This document shows positions 11,748 through 24,846 of a stretch of DNA of 64,000 nucleotides, piece by piece; the stretch's first letter is position 1, and each line of letters starts with the position of its first letter. The position numbers and the translations under genes were made by a program. This stretch comes from Mytilus edulis (Eukaryota), in NCBI RefSeq assembly GCF_963676685.1, contig NC_092355.1, positions 11,222,001 through 11,286,000 on the forward strand, in the 5' to 3' direction. Below the pieces are notes generated by a model. That model saw nothing but the letters and a program-made list of their open reading frames with translations, searched no databases and had not been told where the DNA came from.

Positions 11748-14016
11748 TCGTGGCCAAAATATTTGAAATCCAAGGCTCATATAAAAGAGGAAGAGCAATA
11801 ATTCAAAAAGGTCCAAAACGTATAGCCAAATCCGTGAAAGGAATCATATCTTTGCATGAGGGAGATACATTGAACTAACACGTAAGAAACATCAAAGGCA
11901 AAATATATGCTTACTGAAAAAAGCAGACATGTTAGGTGCACCTGACTCATTTTAAAAGGTATGCATACATGTAATTTAAACATGTGTAAATTTATTAGTA
12001 AATTTAACTTTTTGACTGAAAAAAAACCTTTTGGAAATTAGAAGATGTGGTATGGTTGTCAAATGAGACAAAAATACACCAATGTTTAAACGTAGTGGAT
12101 TTAAGCAATGAGAAAAGTCCATACCGTATAGTCAGCTATAAACGGTTAAAAATCAGTAAATGAACAGTCTATTAATAATAACAATGATACTAATTACATT
12201 TTTTTTTAGTTTAGATCATGTACACGCATACATTCGAATAAGCAGTTTCTTATCGAGAAATTATTGACTCCTGTTTTGATCCTGGCATTCTATAAATCAT
12301 TAGTTTTAATTAGATATTGACTCTTTGGTAATTCTACGAATTGTATGCTCACCCTTGTATTTTGTTTTTAGTCAGCTAAAAGTTAAATAGGCACACGATA
12401 TGCTGCAATAAACAAAAACAACAGAAGAATACCGCTGTTTAAAAGTTATATATAGATTGCGAGAAAACAAATCCGTGTTACAAACCAAGGGAAACACACT
12501 AACTATAAGAGGAAAACAACAATGAAGTGCAACAAAAAACATACGACAACGCAACATAGATAGAAACGAACTATTTGAAACAAATGCCATGTGTTCGACT
12601 TGGTAATGGATTGAACCTGGTTTTGTTGCTAGCGGTAATTCGTAATTAGACCACTTGAAACACATTACACAAACTACCAATACAGTTTGACTTACATCAA
12701 ATAAAATTGTTCAGACTTATATAGTCTTATTCCTTTTCATAAGAAATTAATGAAAGTAAAAAAAAAACCTATCCTAATCCCCAACTAACTTTTAAACGAA
12801 TGTTTATGGGTTAAAGATATATAAGTCCGTTAGAACTATCACAATATCATTTTTATTAAATTGACATATATAATTAAGTGGAAACATATGATTTAATTGA
12901 GAGTGTTGATATTTTTTATTTTTATTAATTATCTTATATATAATCTAAGGCATTTGCATATGTGTGATCCATATGTATTTGTTATTGTAAATATTTTAAT
13001 GGACTTAATATTTGACATACTTGTGTTTTTGTCAATATTTATCTGTACTCAATCTAAACAAGATACAATTAAAAGAAGCATTTATTTTTGTTGAATAGAT
13101 TTTAAAATTTTTGTCAGAGACGTAAAGATTGTTTTTGGAATTACTACCCAGAAATATGACAATTTCTTATTTTAAACTTACTTTACAAATAGCTGCAATC
13201 AATAGGCCGCATATGACGTCAAAAATAAGTATACATGTGAACGAAAATAATCATTGTCAGATGTATGTGGTTCTATTTCATGTATGCATAGTATTAAAAT
13301 TAGTACAAAGTAGAATCATGGAGTTCAGTGTGATATAAACACAGCAGTATTGACAAAAGTTACATGAATTAGACCGGACTTGTAAAAATATGGGCAACAC
13401 GACGGGTGCTACATTCTGGAGCACATAATATCATGCCCGCTTTTTTTGTGGGGTTTGTGATTCATAGTTTTCTATTTTGTGTCTTGTTGTGTTACTTGTC
13501 TGTTTGGCTTTTTTTTTAAGACATGACGTTGTTAATTTGTTTTCGATCTATGAGCTTGGCTGTTCTTCTGATATCTTTCGCTCCTCTTTTCATGATTTAT
13601 GTAATCTTAATTCGGAAATATAGCATATGTCATATACTATAATTTACAAAAGATGCTTTCAAATTTAAAGAAGAAAACAAATATGAAAACCGGAATATAA
13701 CATGATTTGTAGTATTTCAACTGTCTACAAGTATTTCTTTTCCCTTTTGAATTCTTGCAAGATTACTATATGCTTGTAAAACGGTTATTAGTAAACATGT
13801 CTTTTACATCAATGCTTCGTTTGCAAAAGATAAAACACAGTGGAATATAAAACCATCACACAGGCACTTTGAATTCGTCAATATTTTTTGAATAAATAAA
13901 ATTGAGTTTTAGAGCTCAATTTACCGAAAGCTTTTAAAATCATGTTAATGTATTGATATTTTCAGAGAATATAAAGCTGAATGCACTTATATACTAAGTA
14001 AATATAACATTGTTTC

Positions 14017-14424
14017 AAAAGAGGGACGAAAGATACCAGAGGGACAGTCAAACTCATAAATCGAAAATTAACTGACAACGCCATGGCTTAAAATGAAAAA
14101 AGACAAATAGACAAACAATAGAACACATGACACAACAAAGAAAACTAAAGAATAAGCAACACGAACACCACAAAAAACTAGGGGTGATCTCAGTTGCTCC
14201 GGAAAGGTAACCAGATCCTGATCCACATGTGGCACCCGTCATGTTGCCTATGTGATAACAAATCCGGTAAATAGTCTAATTCGGTAGGTCACATTCATGA
14301 ATATTGATAGGGATTGTAGTTTCGACTTATAGAACATATCCGATATCATTTGTGAAACGGTTATTCCAAAACGGTCAACCAACTCGTGATGGCGTCCGTA
14401 ACATTTACGAAGGAATGATTTAAA
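14017..14424 (-). mobile_element. 5'-truncated Penelope-like retroelement 3' fragment
   Basis: AAAGAGGGACGAAAGATACC family; minus strand encodes FKSFLRKCYGRHHELVDRFGITVSQMISDMF, resembling an RT C-terminus. Confidence 0.65.
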
Positions 14425-17400
14425 AGTCCTTTTCGCAAATGCATTTAGTCATGATTTTACTTCATATATCCTGTTCTTCTTTACGACCAGTTTTGATTGT
14501 TTTTGTCTTAACATCAGAGGACAATAATATGTCAGTTCGATTTGTAGACAAATTATTGTTCATCCTTTACAAAATCACAATTTTTGTAATATGAAATGAA
14601 ATATATTTTTTACTTAGCTAATTTTCTTGTATTAAATTATCTAGAAAAGAAAGTTCCTTAATATATACAAGGTTAATCATAAACGACATCCTAATGATTA
14701 ATTCTCAGAGGCAGCATATACATATGATTTGAATAGGGATGGGTTGGCGCTCTGATTTAGTAATGTTTAATGAAAAGTTCATCTTTGTCGTCAGACAGAA
14801 TGCCAATGTTATGTAATTGTTTGAAATGTATGATTCCCTTGTCAAACATATTAATCGATTAGCAAGATTATAACAAAATAATTCGATTATAACTAATTGC
14901 AGACCCATCATTTTATCTGATATATTTAAACACCAGTAAAGCAAAATCAGTAACAAATCCTAAGTTAAAACACGGAGATGTTTTTGTATGCGAACATTTG
15001 CTATGTTGGCTCTCTTTTAATATTATGCAGTAAACGTGTTTAATGTTTGAATGTTTATGACTTTGAAAATAATAATGATTAGCAATAAAAGTATTTTGAA
15101 TCATACAATCAAGTTTTAATAATGAGCAGAAAGCTTATGAGTTTAAAAACAGGCAGTTACTTTTGTTTCTATAATTATTTCGATTTATTACCTTAGTCAT
15201 GTTGGTTGCAATGAATTGCATTGATTTTCCAGTGAAATAAAAACCGATAATTTCACATACAGAAGGACGCTGTGAGGCACAATCAGTCTACCTGCCACAA
15301 GTGGAAAAAATGACACATTTGGTAAATGTACATATCAGGTACGGCATAATGTTGGCTTTTGCAAATAAAAATAGACAAACAAACCATATAAATTAGGTGA
15401 TGACCAATATAATATTTTTATTAATTGCAAACAGTGACAAAATGTACTTCTTATATTTCCTTCTTAAACATGACACTTAAAATTCAATTGATGACAATTG
15501 TTTAATTCATATAAAATGTTGATTCTGTTTTAACTAGTTCTTACTACCTTGTTTATCAATGGCACAATTGTTTATAAATTTTGTTAGGTTGATTACCAGT
15601 CTTTAGCTCATCAACATTCAAGTGGTAAGTGCTTCTTTACTGGCATGATGTATTCCATATATGTGTTTGCAATGTATAATCCGTTTAGTCATATAGCTCC
15701 CAAGCTTTATGTGTCCTTGGAAATTCCTGTTTTTCGAATATATAAGTTTGGGCGTTGATCGTTAATATTTATCTTGAAAACTGAAGCGACACACTAAATG
15801 ATTGTTATGGTCATGCATTTCAATATGCTATTTAGTTTTCCTTTGTTGAACAGATATCAGTGTAACAATGATTAAGATTGCAACACAATGCTGTATTCCA
15901 TTTTTTTTTTAAGTTTAAGCTATTTGTCTGTTTGTTCGGCTAACACATTGTGTCAAGGAGATATTATTGTGTGGTACTCTCAGACAAAAGAGCAGGGTAT
16001 GTGTCTATGAAACCAGGTTTAATATCCTGTTTCCTACATACGAAAATGCATGTATCAGATAATAAACATTACCTTTTTCCATTTGTTAGATGTTATCAAT
16101 TTTTGATTACTCCGTTTCATGGTGAACTTCCCATTGTATAAGTTACCTTAGAGGGTAGTTTTTCTGTTTTTTACTACATGTATTCATTAGTTTAACATTT
16201 ACCCTTGTAACGTATGACATCATTGATAAATGTGTGATGACACTTGACACTGACTTTTAATTAAGATCAGACAACTTGTTAACGCTCCATCCATAGGGAT
16301 TTAAACCTGATACATGAACATTGAAAATTGATTATATATACGGAAAAGTACTATCTGTCTAACTAAGGATGGCATACAATTATTTATGGTATTACATTTT
16401 TTCCCCGTTACTTCAAACCACAACGTTATTTTGATGAATTGCCAAATTAGTTCTGATGTCAATGTCCAGCTATAATATTACGAAGGACATCATCAACGAC
16501 ATCTACCAGAGGATAATACCAAGTCTTAATAACGGAACTAAGATAAATTTATTTAGCAGGTTATGAATTATTACTTTTATCTTGTTTCATTGAAATTCTA
16601 TTTAAGTTAGGAATATGACAGTGGTTATTCATATATTTGGTGTGTATCAGATTTTGATTTTGAATTTGATCACTGGCCTTTTGTTATGAATGTTGCCCGG
16701 AGTTTGGGAACTTTGTTGGTTATCTTTCTACTGTGTTACAATAGCAACCAATTTTTGTCGTTGTCGAATCTACTTGTAGTGTGACAAGGTTCTGTTTGTA
16801 TTGATGATAGTATATAACATGTAAAAACACTAGGTGTATTATCCCTGCTTCCTTGTCATTTAATAAAAAATAATAATAATCAGAAGGTATTATACTTCAT
16901 ATATTTGTTTGAGATTGACAATAAACAGACATTATGATGACAGAGCATACATCTTTTTTTTTCGGATAAAAAAAAAGAAGCTGAAGAAATTTTAATTGAT
17001 GTTGTTTTGATTATAAATTTTGATATCTTAACAACAAATTAGTTTTAACACGAGGCATTTGATTGATAAACATTTTCTGTGCAAAAAAGACCTTCCTTGC
17101 TTATTCGTCTAATTTTGGTGGCAAATTCAAACAGGACGGGTATCCCTAGAAAACCTTTGAATTTATGATTAAGATGCATATCTTTTTTAATGAGGTTTGT
17201 GTTAATATTTCGTCAGTTGTCCGTTTGTGAAACTTGCTTTTCTATTCATAGTCTTAAAATTGCCATGGTATTACTATGTTTCACCCTAACTTGTGAATTT
17301 TGAATGATCATTTGGTACCATCCACCTCTTTTGGTATTATGAGGAAAACTGGCTGTAATTGTGATAAATTATTTTGGTCAAATCGTTGTTATTGGATCAT

Positions 17401-20400
17401 TATTCAATTAAATATTTCAACTCTTAGTATGAAGACGAACCGAAAACGAGACTTAAAGACAGTCCATCACAAATACAACTCAGGACCAGTAAAACTGATA
17501 TTACCCGGCCATATTCTTTATGTGCTTGTTCTAAGTCAACAGCCTGTTATTCAATGGTTTTGGTTGGTTTCTTTATATCAATTTTATTTTCCGTTCATCA
17601 TTTTATACATGCAACACACCCTTAGTACGAATTCTCCAGCATTTGTAATTTTAGGGCCTTGTATAGCTGACTTTGTGGTACGGGTTTTACTCATTGTTGA
17701 ATACCTTGCGGTGACCTACGTTTGTTATTTTGTGTGTAATGTTGGTATTTTGTTGAGAGTTGTTCATTTTGGCATTCTTTTCAAGGTATATAATAGAAAT
17801 CACATGATAATGGTTTACCTGTATACAGGCTAAAAGTTTCGCTTTAAAATGTATACCGCATATTTGTGTCCGGAAATTCATCAGCATATTCTACCACTTC
17901 CCTCTGATCGTCACTACAATGCTTAACATTGGAATTAACTTTTTTATTCACATGAATTATTTGTTTTTATTGCATCATTCCGTGTGTTTTATCTTTGATA
18001 TCCTTGTTTTCCATTATCTGTAAATGTCATCCATTACCTGGGGATACGTATTTCTATAGTTATTATCACCTTCATGACCGTAAAAGTGGTATTGTTTAAA
18101 TAATTTATAAAAGCCTGCATGACGAGGCTTGCTAAATTACTGTCAATTTACAAGGTCAATGTATATTACGACGTACATATGATTGTTTTCCCCCAAGAAT
18201 GTTTTCCTTCAAGAAAGTGTTTCCTGGTAAATATCCCTCAGCTGCATTTACGTGTAAATCTAACGTCAGCTAACATTGGCTGCGTTAATTTAAAAAAAAG
18301 AATATCAATAAGTGGAATAACATTGATATCGAACTCGGAAGCAAATTGAAAAAGGAAAGTCTCTTATCCAGTGCCGTAATCAAACGCCCAAACACATGAA
18401 ACGAACGAATAACAACTTTGATATTCCTGACTTGGTCCAGGCGTTTTCTTATGTAGTAAAAGGTGGATTAAACCTGGTTTTATAGTTAAATAAAAATCAA
18501 ACTTGAATGACAGAAAAAATGAATTCGTACGCCTATATGCCTTAGAAGAAAGAAATGTGTTCTAACATTCGGATTCCAAAAAGAGAATCGCAAGATATCA
18601 AAGGCACAATCATTAGTATATAGCAAACGACAATGTTATGCTAATGTCTTACTCTGTAATTGTCAATGTAAATGTGGATGTACTGACTTTCTTCATCTTG
18701 TAGAGTACATTAGTAGAAAACTTTGCTTTGCGTTGCATATTAGACGTAAAACACTATTATTAACATTACCGACGAATAAAAAGAAAGGGTTACTTGCAAC
18801 CACTCAGTCAAAGGCGTGAATATTTAAAATCTAAATTGTTCTGTTTCAGATTTTTAAAAAGTGTGAGAAACATTTGTGGGTGTTATTTACACCATTATTT
18901 ATTCTACTGTGAAACCAGAGGTGTGTCTTTTAAAGGCAGGATATTCGTACAAGACAAGACACTGCTTAAACCAGTGAATGCAATTCCTGCAGTGTTTGTC
19001 AATTATCTTAATTGGTTTCTCAATTGGATCGTGAGGTCACATCGATCATGCTGCATATGTGTAACAAAAAAAAAGGAAACGGAAATCGTCACAATGTCTG
19101 ACATTTTTACAGCGAATTTGAACGAGTAAAATACGTATTTGGCATTGTTTTGGGAACTAACTGCATAACATCATTATACTTGTTTTGCAGGGTTATGAAA
19201 TTGTAGATAATGTTTTTTCTTAGAGAGGGGGGAATTAACGGCAATTCAGGTCAATTGAAAAGAAAAATCCGTTCATACGTGTTAAACACTCTGTTATTTT
19301 AAAACTCTGCAAGAATTGACAACTTCTGTCATACATTTACGGTCTGTCTCTTTATCTGTTTCGTGTTGTTTTATTATACGAAACAACTGTTCACGAATAC
19401 AGCAAATGCTATCGTCTTTTCGATTGAGCTATATACAAACTATATAAGTATACACATATTTTCAATATTATAATATCAATTATTATAATATCAATTATTA
19501 TAATATCAATTATAATATTGCTGTAAGCCCTTAATTATTTTAATGATTAATTTTATATAGTTAATACTTATCTAAAATGCTTATACTACTATTTCTCCAA
19601 TAAGCACAGATTTTTCAATAACATGTTTATACATGTTGAATTAAGAAAAAAGTGTGATTGCAACAAATCTTAAATTTGAACTATTTTTCACTCTGATTTC
19701 ACAAATATTGGTATTAAGGATATATCCGGTTGTGCTGTTTGTTGTTTTTTAGTGATTTACAGTTTCATTTGCCCAAACAATGCATTGTTAAAAGTAAGTT
19801 GATAATTAATACGAAAACAATTGATACTTATACGAAATAGTATATATGACTATCACGAGGTTACTGGAAATCAATATTGAATCAAAGTATAAAGTAGTTT
19901 TTTTTTAATTGTAACAAGCAATAACGAATAAGTCAATCTCTTTTAATTGATAATATTGATAGGTATTTTATTATTCCTATACCCAAGTTTTCAAAACGTC
20001 GCGTCATTCCCTTAAAACATTAAATACTTTCCTCACAAACTAACATTTAAGTTAACACTTGGTTGCCACATTGGGCTTATGGGATTAATTAGATAGTATT
20101 TTCCTTTTAAATCATGTGGTCGACAGACAAACGAGATTAAAACCAGCTGTTTAATTGAGACATGCAGCTATTCATAGGTATACACCAATATAATTACATC
20201 TGCTACTCTTATACTTGTAGTTATTTTTTAAAATGTGTCTATCACTATGGTTAATATGAGGACGTTATTGCTTTCGAAGTTGATAAGGTTCGTATAGAAT
20301 ATATTAATACTTAACAAAACTACACATTGTTTCAACAATGAACACGGATGGTTTATAAGTTCGATGAATGGCATTTATTTCTGTGAATTGAAGCAAATTA

Positions 20401-21326
20401 TATGAAACATCTGTCTAATGCCAATTAAAGGTCTGAAATATGCTTTATATGTCTTAGCATCAACAGATATTAAAATTAATTTATATATATATAATTAGTC
20501 ACTTCATTCATATTATTAATAAACTGAAACATGCAACTATCCACGTGAATCCACATCAAACAAATTATCTAACAGATGAAAGTTTGAACAGAAATGGTTT
20601 TTCAGTATCAAATATAACTGCTTTTATACTTTTTGGTGAACCTCATTAGGTAGATAATCATCTCGAATGGGTATAATTCAAATCCTATAAATTTAGACTA
20701 TAAAAAAACGTATCTACAATCGAACAAACATGTATAATTATTATAAATATGATTATTAAAAGTATATTTACCTTCTTTTCATTACTATATATGGTAAGGT
20801 GACCCGGATTTGTTTTTTTCTATCGATTTATGAGTTTTGAACATCGGTATACTACTGTTTCCTTTATTTAATGCTGAATATCATAAGGTATAACTGTGTA
20901 TTGTATTGCCATTGTTTACTACCTTTTTATAGATTTTCCCCAGATAATTTACTATTCAGGTTTTTGTTAATTTTGTACAGTCCGAAAATATGTTAACCTG
21001 TACTGCTAATCATATAATTCAAAGTGCAGCATTGGAACTTCCAGGTAATAAAACTGATTTAATGATATCATTCGCCCCTCTAGAATACGTCACATTTTTT
21101 GTTGACTGGCAATGTTTTAGGACGGGCTTTTCTAATCCCAATATCAGTCATATACTGTTACGGTGAATTGAAGCAATAGACATCATTATGAAACAAGGGT
21201 AATGAACCAGTTGTTACTTTCAGTGTATGTCGTGTAACCATGCTCTGCACAAAATTAAAAGGATTGAAGTATCAAACTGAATTTTTTAACATGACATGAA
21301 ATAACATTAACGGTACCAATTTTCCT

Positions 21327-21370
21327 GCACCAGATGCGCATTTCGACAATACATGTCTCTTCAGTGATGC
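21327..21370 (-). ncRNA. Minimal type I hammerhead ribozyme (duplicate of 11704-11747)
   Basis: GCAUCA-CUGAAGA-GAC(AUGUAUU)GUC-GAAA-UGCGCA-UC-UGGUGC; the only difference lies in the stem II loop. Confidence 0.85.
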
Positions 21371-22417
21371 TCGTGGCCAAAATATTTAAAATCCAAAGCT
21401 TATATAAAAGGAAGAGCAATAATTCAAAAGGTCCAAAAAGTATAGCCAAATCGGTGAAAGGAATCAGAGCTTGACATGAGGGATATACATTGAACTTACA
21501 CGTAAGAAACACCAAAGGCAAATTATATACTTACTGAAAAAGCAGACATTTTAGGTGCACCTGACTCATTTAAAAAAGTATGCATACATGTAGTTTAAAC
21601 ATGTGTAAATTTGTTAGTAAAAAAAAACCTTTTGGAAATTAAAAGATGTGGAATGGATGTCAAATGAGACAAAAATACACCAATGTTTAAACATAGTGGA
21701 TTTTAGCAATTGTTGGGCCTTCAACAATGAGAAAAGTTCATACCGTATAGTCAGCTACAAACGGTTAAAAATGAGTAAATGAACAGTCTATTAATAATAA
21801 CAATGAGACTAATTAAGTTTTTTTTTAGTATAGATCATGTACACACATACATTCGAATTAGCAGTTTCATATCGAGAAATTATTGACTCCTATTTTGATC
21901 CTGGCAATCTATAAATCATTAGTTTTTATTAGTTATTGACTCTTTGGTAATTCTACGAATTTTATGCTCACCCTTGTATTTTGCTTTTAGTCAGCCAAAA
22001 GTTAAATAGGCACACGATATGTTGCAATAAATAAAAACAACAGAAGAATACCGGTGTTTAAAAGTCATAAATAGATTGCGAGATAACAAATCCGTGTTTC
22101 AAACTCAAACCAAGGGAGACACACTAACTATAAGAGGTAAACAACACTGAAGTGCAACAAAAAAAAATACGACAACGTAACATAGATAGAAAGGAACTAT
22201 TTGAAACAAATGCCTTGTGTTAGACTTGGTAATGGATTGAACCTGGTGTTGTGGCACATAACACAAACTACCAAAACAGTTTGGCTTACATGAAACAAAA
22301 TAGTTCCGAATTATATAGTCTTATTTCTTTTCATAACAGATTAATGAAAGTAAAAAAAAAACAACCCTAATCCCAAATTGACTTTTAAACGAATGCTTAT
22401 GGGTTAAAGATAGATAA

Positions 22418-22664
22418 TCAAATTGAGAATGGAAATGGGGAATGTGTCAAAGAGACAACAACCCGACCAAATAAAAAACAACAGCAGAGGGTCACCAACA
22501 GGTCTTCAATGTAGCGAGAAATTCCCGCACCCGGAGGCGTCCTTCAGCTGGCCCCTAAACAAATATATACTAGTTCAGTGATAATGAACGCCATACTAAT
22601 TTCCAAATTGTACACAAGAAACTAAAATTAAAATAATACAAGACTAACAAAGGCCAGAGGCCAG
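22418..22664. mobile_element. Interspersed repeat insertion private to copy 2 (AAATTGAGAATGGAAATGGGGAATGTGTCAAAGAGACAAC family)
   Basis: Absent at the copy 1 site (~12823); a short inverted piece of the same family is inserted at ~27351-27410. Confidence 0.75.
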
Positions 22665-22790
22665 AGTCCTTTAGAACTATCACAATATCTTTGTTATTGA
22701 ATTGACATATAGAATTAAGTGGAAACATATGATGTAATTGAGAGTGTTGATATTTTTTATTTTTATTATTTATTTTATATATAATCTAAG

Positions 22791-23150
22791 TTTAGTTCAG
22801 TTTAAACATATTTATTTATAGTGGATTGGGAAACAAGTTTTGCAACTTATATTAATCCCTTTCCACGTTGCGGGTGCGAGTGCTGCCTTTTAGCGGCATT
22901 AGCTTGTTCTTTTTCGAAATCTACAAGGGTGTCTTTAACGTGCAAGAGATACGGCTCTCTCTTAACACGGGTCAGCCATTTATCGTCCCCGTCCGACGGA
23001 CTATCATCGTTTCCTCAAGACCATACTCGCAAATGGTGTCAAGGGAGAGCCGAAAATTCAGTCCCTGAAATTTTCATCCCAGACGGGAATCGAACCAGGA
23101 ACCTTTGTGTTAGTAGTCCAATGCACTAACCACTACACCACGGCTCTCTG
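22791..23150 (-). mobile_element. Full-length tRNA-derived SINE with a Nin/Deu-like central domain
   Basis: 9-bp TSD TAATCTAAG (22782-22790, 23151-23159); A-box TGGTGTAGTGG (23130-23140) and B-box GGTTCGATTCC (23086-23096) on minus; core GGACGGGGACGATAAA...GCACGTTAAAGA...TTCGAAAAAGA; AAACT-like tail; empty site in copy 1 at ~12940. Confidence 0.9.
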
Positions 23151-24438
23151 TAATCTAAGGCATTTGCATATGTGTGCTCCATATGTATTTGTTATTGTAA
23201 ATATTTTAATGGACTTAATATTTGACGTACTTGTGTTTTTGTCAATATTTATCTGTACTCAATCTAAACAAGATACAATTAAAAGAAGCATTTATTTTTG
23301 TTGAATAGGATAAAAAAAAAAACTATATTGCTAAAAAGGAAAATGTTTCAGTCGTGCCTAACTAATAACGTTGGTCATTTGCTTCCCTTGAGATCCATAT
23401 CCATATGTGTTTTTCAATATTATCGTTTAGTATGTAGGTAGGGTATATATATAGCTTACTTTCGTTGTTTATTTAATATTTTATATGATGAATATATAGA
23501 GGTAAATTAATATAAGGACATGATTTCAAAATTTTTGTCAGAAACGTAAAGATTGTTTTGGAATTACTATCCATAAATATCACAATATCTTATTTTAAAC
23601 TTACTATACCAATTGCTGCAATCAATATGCCGCATATAAAGTAAAAAAAAAGTATACATGTGAACGAAAATAATCATTGCCAGATGTATGTGGTTCTATT
23701 TCTTGTAATCATAGTATTAAATTTGGTACAAAAGTAGAATCATGGAGTTCAGTGTGATATAAACACAGCAGTATTGACAAAAGTTACATGAATTATAACG
23801 GACTTGTACAAATATGGGCAACACGACGGGTGCTACATTCCGGAGCACATAATATCATCCCCACTTTTGTTGTGGGGTTCGTGATTCATAGTTTTCTATT
23901 TTGTGTCTTGTTGTGTTACTTGTCTGTTTGGCTTTTTTTGAAGACATGGCGTTGTTAATTTGTTTTCGATTTATGAGCTTGGCTGTTCTTCTGATATCTT
24001 TCGCTCCTCTTTTCATGATTTATGTAATCTTAATTCGGAAATATAGCATATCTCATATACTATAATTTAAAAAAGATGCTTACAAATTTAAAGAAGAAAA
24101 CAAATATGAAAACCGGAATATACCATGATTTGTAGTATTTCAACTGTCTACAAGTATTTCTTTTCCCTTTTGAATTCTTGCAAGATTGCTATATGCTTGT
24201 AAAACGGTTATTAGTAAACATGTCTTTTACATCAATGCTTCGTTTGCAAAAGATAAAACACAATGGAATATAAAACCATCACACTGGCACTTTGAATTCG
24301 TCAATATTTTTTGAATAAAAAAAATGAGTTTTAGAGCTCAATTTACCGAAAGCTTTTAAAATCATGTTAATGTATTGATATGTTTAGAGAATATAAAGCT
24401 GAATGCACTTATATACTAAGTTAATATAACATTGTTTT

Positions 24439-24846
24439 AAAAGAGGGACGAAAGATACCAGAGGGACAGTCAAACTCATAAATCGAAAATTAACTGACAA
24501 CGCCATGGCTTAAAATGAAAAAAGACAAACAGACAAACAATAGTACACATGACACAACAAAGAAAACTAAAGAATAAGCAACACGAACCCCACAAAACAC
24601 TAGGGGTGATCTCAGTTGCTCCGGAAAGGTAACCCGATCCTGATCCACATGTGGCACCCGTCATGTTGCATATGTGATAACAAATCCGGTAAATAGTCTA
24701 ATTCGGTAGGTCACATTCATGAATATTGATAGGGATTGTAGTTTCGACTTATAGGACATATCCGATATCATTTGTGAAACGGTTATTCCATAACGGTCAA
24801 CCAGCTCGTGATGGCGTCCGTACAATTTACGAAGGAATGATTTAAA
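24439..24846 (-). mobile_element. Penelope-like 3' fragment (duplicate of 14017-14424)
   Basis: Equivalent position in copy 2; encodes ...LRKLYGRHHELVDRYGITVSQMISDM. Confidence 0.65.

Larger units (their letters stand above)
9627..19721 (+). repeat. Tandem segmental duplication, copy 1 (~10.1 kb)
   Basis: Anchor ATATCCG(A/G)TTGTGCTGT at 9627, 19722 and 30148; collinear, largely near-identical to copy 2 from ~10.9 kb on; the ORF track repeats at a ~10.2-10.5 kb offset. Confidence 0.95.

Noticed and set aside
17300-17833. 177-aa ORF, with a 168-aa twin at 27762
   Set aside because: TTG start, largely made of a decayed interspersed repeat; twin similarity only reflects the recent duplication and the C-termini differ by frameshift.
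23075-23145. tRNA gene
   Set aside because: tRNA-like head of a TSD-flanked SINE; no proper acceptor stem.
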